From contig NC_068982.1 in assembly GCF_001194135.2 (NCBI RefSeq), positions 85,059,333 through 85,123,332 of the forward strand: DNA of 64,000 nt, read 5' to 3'. The stretch is from Octopus bimaculoides (taxonomy: Eukaryota). Shown here piece by piece: positions 1-13,054 of this stretch (position 1 is its first letter; every line of letters starts with the position of its first letter). The notes under the pieces were generated by a model. That model searched no databases. It was not told the DNA's origin and saw only the letters and a list, made by a program, of their open reading frames with translations. The position numbers and the translations under genes are program-made.

Positions 1-554
1 AAGTATTTTAAAACTGGTTATAAGATGTTTTTCAGAGCGTACAGAAATGGAAAAGAAGGTTGGGAAGACAGCAAAATAATAAAACATGTTGGTAAAATGA
101 TGTACATGGTAAAAGGTTCAAAATGGGAACATAAAAGACACATAAATCAGCTGAAAAAGTTTGCTGAAGAAGAAGGGGTTACGAGGAAAGAACTACTCAT
201 GGAAGCTATCTACAATATTTTTGATGTGCCGTCTATACAAGAAATCGTCGAATCAAGGCATAACAGTACAAGAAAAAGAAAACAGATGGAATTGTTGGAG
301 GTAGTTCCAAAACAAAAAAAAATATTGAGTTTCAAATGGAAGTAAATCTCAAAAAGGAAGACGTGGTGTAGAAAAAAAAAATTCACTTCCAACAGAAGTC
401 AATCACAAAAGGTGAGATGCATTAACACACCTGTGTGGTTAAAAGATGGACTTGTCAGATTGTTATATTGTTGATGACGCCAGAGGGCATTTTTGGAGTA
501 AAAGAAAAATAAAAAGTACGTCTTGTGAAGACATTGACATTTACCTCCACTTCA
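1..554 (+). mobile_element. 3' end of a Gypsy LTR retrotransposon: integrase C-terminus, probable polypurine tract and short LTR
   Basis: ORF 25-345 has a W..S.I....G...Y.V......RHINQL pattern typical of Gypsy integrase tails. A purine run AAAAAGGAAGACGTGG precedes TG at about 367; the LTR end is tentative. Confidence 0.6.
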
Positions 555-1499
555 TTAAATTATATATCCAAACGTTTTAAGGATATAAAACCCCAATACT
601 AATTTTGCCATGCTTTTGTACATTTTGTACATTAATTTACATTTTCTTTTCAATCCATGTCCCACTTACTTCACAGATAATACTTTAGCCTTTTGCCTTA
701 GCAGAAAAGCAATTTCCCTGAATGCCCAACATAAGAAAGTGTCACACATTTAATAAATGTTTTCAATGAGAAATATCTGTTTTCAATCGATGTTTTCAAT
801 GAAATATGTTTGTGACCTTACGAAAAATTATAAATTAATATGTAAGATTTTTTAAATATAAAGTTACAACACAATATCCAGCAAAGTATTAATTTAACGT
901 TGATACAAAAAGATAAACTCCAAGCCTCTGATGAATTAAAATAATCTATGTAATGGTTATAACATGTTTGTAGTTGGTTGGTCCATCCATTCACCATAAA
1001 GAGAGAAAGGGAGAGAAATCATGGGTTGGAAGAGGAACAAAGTTGGAGGTAGATATTTAATACAATTCTTCATTACAATAATAAACTTTTCTCCCTTGAG
1101 GTAAATGCCTATAATAAGTAAACTATATTTAATCAAACATTTTATTCTTTTTCAAAAACATTATTTCAGTACCTACAAATTACTGTAGTATTAGAAATAA
1201 ATATTTTAAGTAGCGTATTTTATCAAATGACAGTCAATTGGTGATGATGTTGGCTGTTTCTGAGTTGAAGTGGTGAACAGTAGAGAAAGAATAAGAGTTG
1301 AAATAAGAATAAGTACTGTCAATGAGATTGTCAGCAAAACCCTAGATCAGGCTTGGATAACAAAAGGACCCAGATTATAAATATACATAATTTAAATAGA
1401 AAATATTTACATTATACCACAGTTAACTGGTGAAAAAGCAAAACACATATGTTGAGTATGTGCAGTTTATAATGTTTACTTATATATTTTGAATAATAA

Positions 1500-3240
1500 C
1501 TACTCCTACTTCTCATCCTCTTGAAAGAATAAATGATTCTTTATTTTTTAAAATTATCTTTTAATTACAACATCTTCCAACCAAAAGCTTGATTAATTGT
1601 TTTCTGGGTCCCCACATAGTGCATTCCATAGTATTTCTAGAAAAAGATTGTTTTGAAAGTAATGTGGCTTCTTTACAGTTTTCCCTTCTAAAGAATTGAT
1701 ATGCTGAAGAATGTGACAAGATAGTTAAATTAGTTTTAAAATTGGATAACAAATCATTTAGACTGTTTTGTAACGTAACAAATAGGTGATGAACAGCTAG
1801 TGGAGTGACATATGTAGGAGAAATATTGGGATCATAAGCTACCTGAGAATCTAATATATTTAATATAACAATAATTGCAACTTTAATAAAAGGAAACCTT
1901 TTTCAAATTTGAAAACCAAGTTCTCCTTTGAATTTCAACCAGTTTTAGTTTTTCTAACACTTTCAAAAAGTTTGCTTATTAGATGTACTGTCATCTTCTC
2001 TCTAAAGTAAACATCATCAATGTTTTTTAATTTCTTTCATCGTTTGGATTAATTTCTAGTAATTCAATTTTCTTCAGTAATTTATCTTTAATAAAGAAAT
2101 TCAAAAGATTCTTGTATTCTGATAATGTCATTGAATATAGACAATGTGATTTGTTTAGTACATACTGAAGGAAAAGTAGTATGCTCTTGATTCAGGGATT
2201 GCTTAATGCCTAATGGCACCATTGAATATGTTTACTTCAAATTCACTTTGGAAATAAAGAAGTAAAGCATCAAATTGTTCAAGTATCACTGTAATAAATT
2301 TTTCTTAAGATAGGCATTTTGCTGCAACAATTTCTTGAATAAGTGTACCATTGTTGCTTGCTACTGTACAGAAAAGTAAGATTTTAACTCTTTTATGAAA
2401 GCCTCCAAATATGAAGGCAATATGCTATAGCATGGCTACCAGATAGACAGAGATACCTGATGATAAAAACCAAAAGCACATTATCTGTCAGTAATTTCTG
2501 GAACTTTTGATGCCCACCATAGAACAATTATTGTTTGCAAATCCAATATTTTCTAGAGGAATATTTCTTTCATGTAAGGTAGATTTGAGAGCATTGTAAA
2601 GACCAAGAGCTGCTCCATTTTCAACAACCACAGTATCTAGCAATGCATCTGCAACATCATGCTTATTGAAATTAAAGTAGCTCACAGCTTCAGCCAAAGT
2701 TTGAGTAACTGAAATACCAGTACTTTCATAAATTATAACAGAAAACTTTTGTATCAGACAGATACTTGTTATTACTAATTTTTGAAGAAAGGTTACTCCA
2801 TTTTGAATAACATATGAAAGTTTGTTTTTTCAGTAATAATTTTTTAGCAATCTGACTGTCCAGATATTCACCCTTTCATGCCATCAGATGACCAATGCTT
2901 GCAAAGGGAGTGTTATGTTCAGCAAAATAGTTAGTGATAAGCAGTTCCCTTTTGGCTGTTTATTCAATCTCTACTGACTTCTTTTACACACTTTATTTTG
3001 AAATATCAACACTACATTTAGCTACATCAAATCATTTATTTTGACATAAATTTTGTTGTTTCATTTGCATGAATTCATTTGCATTTCTAAGCATAATGTT
3101 ACAGCAGTTAGAGTAGCTAGATTCTTTATAATACTTAATCCTTAAATTCAGGATTCTGTCGTCATTCTTCCTTGAATGACTGTGCAGACCATTCCTTCTT
3201 TTAGTGGGAGTTTTCATTTCATTTCTCATTATAAAAGATA
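1500..3240 (-). mobile_element. Degenerate hAT-superfamily transposase remnant
   Basis: Frameshifted motifs: FAEHN.PF, FSVII-DEST (first catalytic D), IPLENIGFA...MVG, and SHSSA near the C-terminal dimerisation region. Confidence 0.7.
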
Positions 3241-3928
3241 CAAATATTACAATACAAATATAACAAGGTTTTGAAGATTGGAAAATTATAACAGCTCATA
3301 CATGAAAAATACCAATATACAAAACCAAGGTTAGTAGGTGCAAAAAACCGTTTGAAGTATATTTACATACACATAAATATGTTTGTGTACACACAACTTA
3401 ATCTGTGCTATAAAATTATGGCCTATGGAATACATATTTTGTTAAGTACTTTTTACTGTATTTTAAACACTCACACTTCAAAAAGAGTTAACATGAATTA
3501 ATGCACTTCAAAGTGACATTGGAACATAAAGATTTTCAACCAATCAGATCACTATTGCATTTATCAATAGATATTTAATATTGTATTTACTAAAATACAG
3601 AGAACTAAAGACAGAGTGACATCAGAAATTTTGCCATATAGCCCTACTATTTATGTTCTCCATATTCTTCCCTGCTTTAATCTAGTTATCATATTCACTC
3701 TCCTTTCTGTTCTCTCCTCTCACATGTTTAATTTACCTCTCTTTTGTACTCTACTTCTCCCTTCATCTGTCTTTATCTATCACTTCCCATTATTATACTT
3801 CATCTGTCTCCCTTCCACTCCCAATCTAGCATTTTATGTTGAAAAGTTACAAAATATACAAACACAACAAATTACCATCCTGAATATATGAGCTATTTAC
3901 AAATAGCTGTCTGGCTGAATAATCCGTT

Positions 3929-4350
3929 ATATGCAACAGAAGTAGTATTAGATTAACATAGCCATCTGTGTATCATACTTAATGTAAATACATTGAAAAA
4001 AGCAAATTTGCCTTGGTATTTATCTGAAGATAATACAACAGTTTTATTCAGCTGGGTGGCTATTTACAGCACCAGTGATTGTTCGTTCATTGTTTTCCTA
4101 TATCAGTGTATTAACATGCAGTTGGTTGTAAGTATATGGTACTGAATGTCCAACAAAGCAAAAACGTACATCTAGCATTCTCACCAGCTGCTACTAGAAT
4201 GATTTTCATCTGCCTTTGATATAGAATTTCATGTCCATAAGAGATATCACCCTGGACAAATACTTCAGTAAATTTGTTTTTCACAATATATTTACATTAA
4301 GTATGATACACAGATGGCTATATTAATCTAATATATCTTCTGGTGCATAT
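3929..4350. mobile_element. MITE with about 83-bp terminal inverted repeats and TA-rich ends
   Basis: 3927-4009 is the near reverse complement of 4270-4352 (ATATGCA..TAGCCATCTGTGTATCATACTTAATGTAAATA..AAATTT). Confidence 0.8.
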
Positions 4351-4440
4351 AATACATATATGCATGCATACATACATATATACATGAATGCATGTATATT
4401 CACACACCTCTAATTATTGTACAAAATGATAAATTTTTAC

Positions 4441-4602
4441 CTCAAATCCAAAATTATAGCCTTTAATAATTGTTACACAATAAAGGCCAAGTAAATGATT
4501 TCTTTCTTTGGTATCCATTTTATTAATCTCAACAAAATACAGCTTCTCTTTCAGTTGCAATAGAGTCGAGGATATGTTCTGTCTTAGGTGCATAGCTGTA
4601 GC
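4441..4602 (-). CDS. MAP3K4: MAP3K4 coding exon (last found in window), ATAMHLRQNI...IIKGYNFGFE
   Basis: TTTCAG acceptor and GTAAAA donor; 162 bp, phase 0/0. Ends in the conserved GYNFGFE. Confidence 0.93.
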
Positions 4603-4826
4603 CTGAAATCAATACAAAATACAAGATTTCAGCTAAAAAAGAAATGTTAAAACCTTTAACTGTGAATTGTGAGGAGAATCTTAGGAAATTAATTTTATTA
4701 ATTATGAAGAGTCTCAAAAACATTTTGATGATGGAGTGTATTAGATCAGATGATTATTTTTGATAATGATGTTTACAATAAATCTTTATTTTTTCATAAC
4801 TGGCATACATGCATGCATACATACAA

Positions 4827-4858
<32 letters not shown>

Positions 4859-5065
4859 TTATTTTATATGTGGGTATGTATGTGGGTGTGTAATACAGAA
4901 AAATAAAGATAATTTGGTTGTATGTATCTATATATGCGTGCATGTATACAGCTTTATCAAATAAGTGATGACAAAAAAATTTATCTGATTGTGGTCGAGA
5001 AAGGCAAGGGAAATAGGGGAGATAACCCTACAATTATAGTTAAAATTATTTAAATATATCATGTA

Positions 5066-5830
5066 CTAGCAGTATAGCCCAGCTTTGCTCGGGATTAAGT
5101 TAAGTTTATTAAGCTAATCAAGCTCTTTATTTCAAACCAAACTAAGTAACATCGACATCAAATTTGAGTGAAATCCGTTGAAATTGATAAACTTTTGGCT
5201 GAAAATGAGTTGCAGACAATTTGATTGGGAAATCCCAAAAGGAATCGGTTTATCGATTTTATTTTTTTCCCATTTTTGGAGAACTTAAAGCATTCAAAGA
5301 TCCCATGAGTCCTAATTAATGCTGGCATCAAGTTTGAACAAAATACNNNNNNNNNNCCCTTAAAGTTTGTTGTCACTGTCCTGTCTTGTTTTTACTGCCT
5401 TGTTCTCACTGTCCTGTTCTTGTTTACACTTTCACCCTCCGCAAAAATTCCCAAATTTTAATAAATTTGCTTGCGGGAAGGACTGCTCCAACGAAGTCGC
5501 GTATTGTCCTTGCCTTCGAAACGCGGAGTAGATGAAACAGGGACAACTGAAGATGGGTAATATTCTTTATGTTGCATGTCTCATTTCTCTGTTTGTTGTT
5601 TTTCGTTGTTCGAAAAAAAGTTCGTTTTCTGTCCCCGTCTTTTGTTTTCGTTTCTCATCGTGTTTAACGTTTTTTGTGATGTCCTGTACCCACATATGCT
5701 TGTATGTATACATATAGATGTCGGTATGTACATATATGTATGGATATATGCATATAATTATATATTATTTATGTTATTATATGATCGAACGCCACGCATT
5801 GCCTCCAAGTAAGTTATCTTCTATATAAAT
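5066..5830 (-). mobile_element. Non-autonomous Helitron-like element
   Basis: Minus-strand 3' end reads CCCGAGCAAAGCTGGG (hairpin) then CTAG|T at 5066-5069. The 5' boundary is approximate. Confidence 0.6.
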
Positions 5831-5833
5831 ATA

Positions 5834-6360
5834 TATATACGCAGTGAAGCTTTACAATAGCGTCCTAATTGTATCGATTGCTATTTTCCAGTAAATATTG
5901 GTGTCTTGTTGTACCACTCATCTGAATTTATATGTATACCCTTATGGGGCTTTATTTTACTGGAAAGTAATACATTTGTATTGCAATATTTCTCATTGAA
6001 AAAAACTTCTTCACTGTTCTCAGTTCTGTTAACGGCTAGGCGTTCAGGCGAGTATACTTGGCATTGATGTGGCAACATTTGAAATATTGTCTAGGTAAAT
6101 GCAGCTAATGAAGACTGATCAAATTTACATTGTGAAACGTATTTGAAGAGTTAGAAACCGGTCCTGCATTATCCGATTCTCGGTTGTACATTTATCGAAT
6201 GTTCTTCCTAGAGGTAAGACAAATTTTTCTTGTTTGTTGCACACACACGTTTTTGCCAGTATATACGCAGTGAAGCTTTACAATAGCGTCGTAATTGTAT
6301 CGATTGCTATTTTCCAGTAAGTATTGGTGCCTTGTTGTACCACTCATCTGAATTTATATA
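5834..6360 (+). mobile_element. Retrozyme/pLTR-like unit: 426-bp monomer plus about 100-bp terminal redundancy, flanked by (TA)n
   Basis: About 100-bp direct repeat at 5834-5934 and 6260-6360 (GCAGTGAAGCTTTACAATAGCGTC...), offset 426 bp. Contains a hammerhead fold. Confidence 0.7.
6098..6170 (+). ncRNA. Minimal type I hammerhead ribozyme motif, core variant CUAAUGA (G5A)
   Basis: Stem I AATGCAG/CTGCATT (7 bp perfect), long stem II, then GAAA-CCGG-UC with palindromic stem III. Predicted cleavage after 6163. Confidence 0.7.
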
Positions 6361-6364
6361 TATA

Positions 6365-6684
6365 TCATCATCGCCATCATCATCGTTTAATGTCCGCTTT
6401 CCATGCTAGCATGGGTTGGACGATTTGACTGAGGACTGGTGAAACCAGATGGCTACACCAGGCTCCAATCTGATTTGGCAGAGTTTCTACAGCTGGATGC
6501 CCTTCCTAACGCCAACTACTCCGAGAGTGTAGTGGGTGCTTTTACGTGCCACCGGCATGAGGGCCAGTCAGGTGGTACTGGCAATGGCCACGCTCAAAAT
6601 GGTGTATTTTACATGCCACCCACACAAGAGCCAGTCAAGGGGCACTGGCAACAATCTCACTCGAAAGTCCTTACACATGCCATG
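6365..6684 (-). repeat. RTE-type 3' tail repeat ending in (CAT)n
   Basis: Same catcatc-gtttaatgtccgctttccatgctagcatgggttgg...ctacagctggatgcccttcctaacgccaac block recurs at about 10670, 42190, 47765 and 58700. Confidence 0.75.
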
Positions 6685-7118
6685 NNNNNNNNNNNNNNNN
6701 NNNNNNNNNNNNNNNNNNNNNNNNNNNNNNNNNNNNNNNNNNNNNNNNNNNNNNNNNNNNNNNNNNNNNNNNNNNNNNNNNNNNNNNNNNNNNNNNNNNN
6801 NNNNNNNNNNNNNNNNNNNNNNNNNNNNNNNNNNNNNNNNNNNNNNNNNNNNNNNNNNNNNNNNNNNNNNNNNNNNNNNNNNNNNNNNNNNNNNNNNNNN
6901 NNNNNNNNNNNNNNNNNNNNNNNNNNNNNNNNNNNNNNNNNNNNNNNNNNNNNNNNNNNNNNNNNNNNNNNNNNNNNNNNNNNNNNNNNNNNNNNNNNNN
7001 NNNNNNNNNNNNNNNNNNNNNNNNNNNNNNNNNNNNNNNNNNNNNNNNNNNNNNNNNNNNNNNNNNNNNNNNNNNNNNNNNNNNNNNNNNNNNNNNNNNN
7101 NNNNNNNNNNNNNNNNNN
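6685..7118. other. Assembly gap (largest of five; others at 5347-5356, 23294-23463, 46367-46474, 47393-47717)
   Basis: Runs of N. Confidence 1.
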
Positions 7119-7199
7119 ATAGGCAACACACACACACAAACACATACTTACATACACCTATTGCATACATGTTTTCTGAGTAATACCATCAATTGAGGC

Positions 7200-7490
7200 A
7201 AATTTGGCACTCAGATGGAAGTTTTGTAGGAGGAATAGAGAGGCCTACCTTTTCCCGCAGAGAGATGTGTGAGTCAGATCTCTCCTTTCAAAAACATGAG
7301 TAGTTTTCGAAACATTGTTTACAAAATGATAGCTGATCATTTGCGAAGGAGCGTGTCTACAGTCAACACTTAGGATTTTTGCTCTGGTAATGTCTACTCT
7401 TTCCTATGTTCACGCATGATCAGCTATATGTCACAATGAGTAGAGCAACGGATTCAGCTAATTTGGAAATTAGTTGTGGAGAAACAGAGA
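7200..7490 (+). mobile_element. Helitron Pif1-like helicase C-terminal remnant
   Basis: PMFTHDQLYVTMSRAT resembles the Helitron helicase motif PVFSHGQLYVAxSR; disrupted upstream. Confidence 0.7.
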
Positions 7491-7695
7491 ATATCATTTA
7501 TATATATATATATATATACGGGCAACACACACACGTATGTATGTACACCTATTGCATACATGTTTTTGTACACATACATGTTCTTATGTGTGTGTGTGAC
7601 TGAAGCCATTCATACATACATACATAACAACCCCTGTCTGTCTCTTTTTTGTCTGTCAATCACTCACTAAAATGACGAAATTTTAAAACTGTGTT

Positions 7696-7744
<49 letters not shown>

Positions 7745-8349
7745 CACCATCGCTAGAAGGGGACTTAATTCATGTTTGCTAATATTTTTTCTGTTTTGAA
7801 AATGGTTAGAAGTTATGGTTCAAAATTATTTTTACCACTGTTTACTGGGGGAAATAATTTGATGAAAATACAGCTAAGGTCATGACGAATGTCCTCCTAA
7901 AATTTGAGCAACATGCGTGCTAATTTGTGGATACGCACAAATTACATTCACATACATACACGCACACATAGACATCCTGCCTTTTATATATACAGATATA
8001 GAATGCAGTCAGTCGGAATGAGTCTTATCATTGGCAAGATGGTAGCTCACTTTGTACTGCATTCTATATCTAATATATTTAAATTCTCCCTTGTTTAGAC
8101 CAGAATCACTTATTAAGATGATATTCACTAAGGGTGCAATTTTAATTAATTACAATTTCTTGGCTCACTCTATCAAGTATGTTAACACCCATTTTACTAT
8201 TTTTTTCATACAGGAGACATACTTCAGCATTTTCCCCATGTTAGTCTTTGATGTTATGGTTCCATTCAACATTGATACACAGATATATATTTTTCTAGAC
8301 ATTCTAAGACCTGATAATATATCTTATATCTTTTATTTGTTTCAGTCAT

Positions 8350-8625
8350 CTGACTATGGCCATGCTAGAGCAGTGCCTTGAACAGTTTTAGTAGAACAAT
8401 TTGATGCTAGGAATTTTTTTTAAAGCTTAGCATTTATTCTATCAGTCTCTTTTGTTGACTGCTAAGTTATGGGGACATAAACGCACCAACACCAGTTGCC
8501 AAGTGGTGGTGGGGAACAAAGACAAAGACACACACACAACAAGCTTCTTTCTATTTCCAGCTACCAAATCCACTTACAAGGCTTTGGTTGGCCTGAACCC
8601 AGAACCATACAGCCACGCCTGCACC
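8350..8625 (-). repeat. tRNA-derived SINE fragment
   Basis: Reverse complement of the family at 49040 and 56655 (gactatggccatgctagagcagtgcc...accaaatccacttacaaggctttgg). Confidence 0.65.
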
Positions 8626-9879
8626 TATAACTGTGAATTACAAGGAGAGTCTTAAGAAATTCATTTTATTAATTAGGAAGAATCTTAAAAATGTTTTGAT
8701 GAAAAGGTGTATTAGATCATATGATTATTTTGAAAAAAAAAACTATGCTTTGCTGATTGGTCTAATAAGACAAAAACATACTTGGAATTGTTACCATACT
8801 ATCAAAATCAGGCTCATTTCCCATTGCATCATTTATTTAGTTAATTTCAATTCTGGGGTTGTCTCTCAGAATCAGTCATTAAAATAAGGATTCTTTTTCT
8901 CATCACCATGGATGTAATTTTAATTAATTACAACATTTTGGTTCACTATTTAATATAGTGGGTGCCAACATACTTAATGTATGCTGACACCCACTTCACT
9001 ATAACTTTGTTATGCAACAGGCATCTCTGGAGAGTATTTTCCCCAATCTTTTTAACTAAACACTTAATATTGTACAAAGACTAATCAAAGAAGAGTATTT
9101 AAACATATGGAATGACTAAAAGAATCAGCAAATGATTTCTATAGGCATTGTAAACAGTATACATTTTTGGAATTGGTAAAAAGTACTCAGGTTAATTATA
9201 CTTTGGGGGATCCATATCCCAGACAACTTCCACTCTAGGATTAAACAATATACTTACCCTTCTCATTGACATATTACTTGGTTGATCTTAGTTATTACAT
9301 GGAGAAGGGGGAATAATCAGGATATTTATATTTATCTATTAAACATAAAAGATTTATGCCTATAAATTATAGAGTATGAAACTAATAGTGTTACAAACTG
9401 AACAAAAATTAGATGTACATAACTACTTAACCCATGATTTTAACATATTTATTATGATTTGAGCAGCTTATTTCTATTGCTTTTATATGTCTCCTTTAAA
9501 TTATTTCATTTAAATGGATTTCATTAGATCATATTTTAGTCATTGCCATCATCATCATTTTATTTTACATCCATATCTATTTTCGTTACTTACATGGGTT
9601 GATAAATTAATGCATATATTTTCATTAAAGAATGAGGAAGACATTTTATTAAAACATTGTATACTAGAATAATATATTCTAATTCAAAAAATTATTTCAT
9701 TTGAATAATTATCCAGTTCAACATTTATCACTAAAACTACTTCATTAAATTGTTTTCTTCCAAAATTATATAAGTATTATTTGCAAAAATAGTAAACAAT
9801 AATATATTTGATGTTTTAGATAAATTGTTAATATATATTAGAAATAAAAAGATGGGTTTGATTTTTTTCTAATATTTTT

Positions 9880-10400
9880 TTGGTCCCAATATTGATCCCA
9901 GGAAAATTTCCATCATGTATTTTGCCATGGACCTTCTGTCATGGAGTCATCTTTGGAAAAAGATATGGGTATTTCTCATACAGTTCTAGTTTGTGGATCT
10001 TCTCAGAAATAATTCATGATCCACTGTTTTATACACCTTGGTCAATTTGATAAATACCTCAATGCTCATTCTATTAACTGCAAGTTTTGGTGACAGTTCA
10101 ATTCTGAAACCAAATTTATCATTAGACTTTATCTTGAAAGAGAAATCATTTAACATTCCTTCCTTATGCATTCAGGTAGACTTCCTTGATAAGTGCAATG
10201 CACTTGTCAAGGAATCTTCATGGGAAAATACAAAGGTAGTTTCCTGTTGCTTTCCTTCAGGCATCTGTTATAAGATACCATCATCTTGGCAAAGTAGAGA
10301 CAAGTTTGCCACATATACCTGAGCATTCACAACATAAAGAACTTGAAGAAATACCACAAAGCATTTCTTTTGTCCAATGCTCTAACAATTCACCAGTCCA
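9880..10400 (-). mobile_element. CR1/L2-like LINE reverse transcriptase fragment
   Basis: VFIKLTKVYKTVDHELFL resembles DLxKAFDTVDHxxL; a GSILGP motif lies downstream. Confidence 0.6.
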
Positions 10401-10659
10401 TGACCCTAGATTGGTATTTCATTTTATCAACCCTGGAAGGTAAAAGACAAGTAGATTTCACCAAGAACAAATATTGCAAGACCTTTTGCCTAATGTTTTA
10501 ATGCTTTTGTTTACTTGTTGTCTTTCATTTAACCTACATGAAAACCACCCTTCCTTTTTCTTTTGAAAATACATGCAGTACAATTTTCAACTTCATTTTC
10601 TTTTTTTTTTTTTTGCCACCGCCGCAGCCACCGCCACCACCTCTGTTGCTGCCCCCACC

Positions 10660-12325
10660 ACGACCACCACCATCATCATTTAATGTCCAACTTCTAAGCT
10701 GGCATGGGTTGAACAATATGACAGGATCCAGCAATCTGCAGTGCTATGCTAAGCTCTAGAGTCAGCTTTGCTCTTCCTAATGCTAACCACTTTACAATAT
10801 GTACTGGGTGCTTTTTTCCATGCCTCCAACAAGACAGAAAAGAACAGGTAAGAAAAAAGAATCCCCGCCCAGACTGTGACTGAGTGAGTGTGTGTGTATG
10901 TGTGGTAGGGTATTAGGAAGTGGGAAGAGGCTTTGATAGAGGAACAAGAACAGGTGTCTTGCTATAGAGGAGATACATGGTTACCACACATTGTAAGGGC
11001 AAGTAGCAGTTATTTGGAGGATGAAGATAAAGAAAAATGATAGTGATGTTATGCCAAAGCAAACTTTCAAGGTAAGTGGGTATAAGAGAGGATATAGTCA
11101 GTGGAGTAGGTAGGGAGAAAGGGAAAGGTGAGTAGTTTCATAAGAATGTGAGGGGAGATGGTAAGAGAGGCAAGGGTGGCAGATGTACAAGAATGAAGGT
11201 GTGGTTGGAGGGAAATATCAATGTAAAAAGGAAGTAAAACGAGAGCTAGTAGTGGCACATGTAGGATAGATAATAAGGTAGTGAGATGATGTGTAAGGTG
11301 GAGAGGAATATGTGAGTGTAGATAAGGATGTGTATAGTGAGTGAACATGATAGTGTGTTGAGAATGATAGCAGGCAAGTGAAGTGATAACATAGAGTATT
11401 GTAGAGGGGAGAGCTATCTCAAGGAACAGAAAAGTTTTCAGTGAGAGAAGTGAGGGAAAGGAATGAATGTTGAGAATAAGAGATGGAAGGTTCTTGGTCT
11501 TGTATACTGGAATTGTTTCATCTTTCATTAAATGATATGGGGAAATACTAGTTGAAAATACTAAGTTGAAAATGAAAGTTAATGGTGTCAGTATTACTTT
11601 TACTGCTACAGTTATTTTTCTGTCTATTATCTGTACTTATTTTCTGTCTAAGCTGGAAGCTTTTATTGACAGATTTTATTATAGTGTTTACAACCAATGC
11701 ACATGTTGGTTTGAATACAAATAGATGATATTTAATAAATGACAACAGGCCATCACTGTAGTCTTAAATTTCTTTAAGATAATTGTTAATTTTTTTAAAG
11801 GCATCATATAGGTCAATTACATTTTTAGCTTTATTAGGGTAGTTTCATTTAATCCCCTCAGCGTCCAGCAATCTGCAGTGCTGTGCCAAACTCTAGAGTC
11901 AGCTTTGCTCTTCCTAATGCTAACCACCTTACAATGTGTACTTGGTGCTTTTTTCCATGCCACCTGCACCTGCGAGGTAGCGAAATAAGTTGCAAGAGAG
12001 AAAAGAACAGGTAAGAAAAAAAAACTCCACCCTTGACTGTAACTAAGTGCGTGCGCGATTAGGAAGTAGGAAGAGGCTTTATGCCAGCTGCTGAGAGGCT
12101 ATGACAGAAGAACAAGAACAGGTGTCTTGCTATAGAGGAGATATGTGGTTACCACACATTATACGGGCAAGTAGCAGTTATTTGGAAGATGAAGATAACG
12201 AAGGAAAATGAGAGTGATGTGCCAAAGCAAACTTTCAAGGTAAGTGGGTATAAGAGAGGATATAGTCAGGGGATTAGGTAGGGAGAAAAGGAGAGGTGAG
12301 TAGTTTCATAAGAATGTGAAGGAAG
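10660..12325 (-). repeat. Non-autonomous RTE-tailed element (10660-11530) with partial duplicate (11862-12325)
   Basis: About 430-450-bp direct repeat (tccagcaatctgcagtgct... to ...cataagaatgtga). A related copy lies on + at about 55640-56480. Confidence 0.65.
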
Positions 12326-13054
12326 AGTAATAGATGGTTAAAGCAATTTCCCCACTGTTGTAATATGAGTTAGTGGAGCATAAAAATTCCTGAAGGATGT
12401 ATGTTGTTTTTTAGATTTTTGGTGATTCATAAATAGATTCTACTGCAATGACAAGTACTATGAGCTCTATGAAGATATATTTGTATGAATCAAATAAGCT
12501 TATGTCACACTGCTCCTTAATGAAAGTTGATTCATGAGTGAATTGTGAATCATTATTGATCTACTTTTTATTGTTTCAGAATTACTCTGTGGTTTTTTAT
12601 GTGCATAATTTTTGATTGTCTTTAAACTATGTTTCAGTGAAAATAATCAAACTAGATTTAGGCTATAAAAGTATAATCTATGTAACAATATAGTCAAAAA
12701 TTTGAACTTTGTTTCTAGTGTTAAGATCATTTTTGCAAAATACTGATACTTCATTTATAAATTGTTCTTTCTACTGAGCCTTTGATTATTAAATTATCAT
12801 AAGAGGCTATTGCCATCCAGTTGCTTGGTTTTGTTATTTTGATTTTTTGTTGTTAATTGTTTATTTTTGTCAGGTGTAGCATTCCAATTATTTTATTTTA
12901 TTGCATAATTTGACAATTTTGGCTGTGTGTATGTTTTCCCCTTTGGTTTGTAATTAACTCATTTCAAGTGAAAAGAGGAAGCTGAAGAGTCAAGCACAAA
13001 ATTCTCAAACTTCCTTGGTATTAGACTTTTAGCAGAGAAACCAAACTGATAGTT

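Noticed and set aside
670-722. Possible next MAP3K4 exon (CAG...GTAAGT on the minus strand)
   Set aside because: The required phase-0 frame hits a stop and shows no similarity to the expected YHKE-type segment; the next exon probably lies outside the window.
6439-7183. Long ORFs of 150-227 aa in the ORF track (also 23018-23548 and 47331-47750)
   Set aside because: They run through N gaps and are not real coding sequence.
9258-9290. Strong GTAAGT donor on the minus strand suggesting a micro-exon
   Set aside because: All longer frames contain stops, a roughly 29-nt exon would shift the frame between two phase-0 exons, and the protein alignment needs no sequence here.
11067-11528. 153-aa Leu/His/Ser-rich ORF
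   Set aside because: Low-complexity translation of a purine/pyrimidine-biased repeat body with no splice or homology support.
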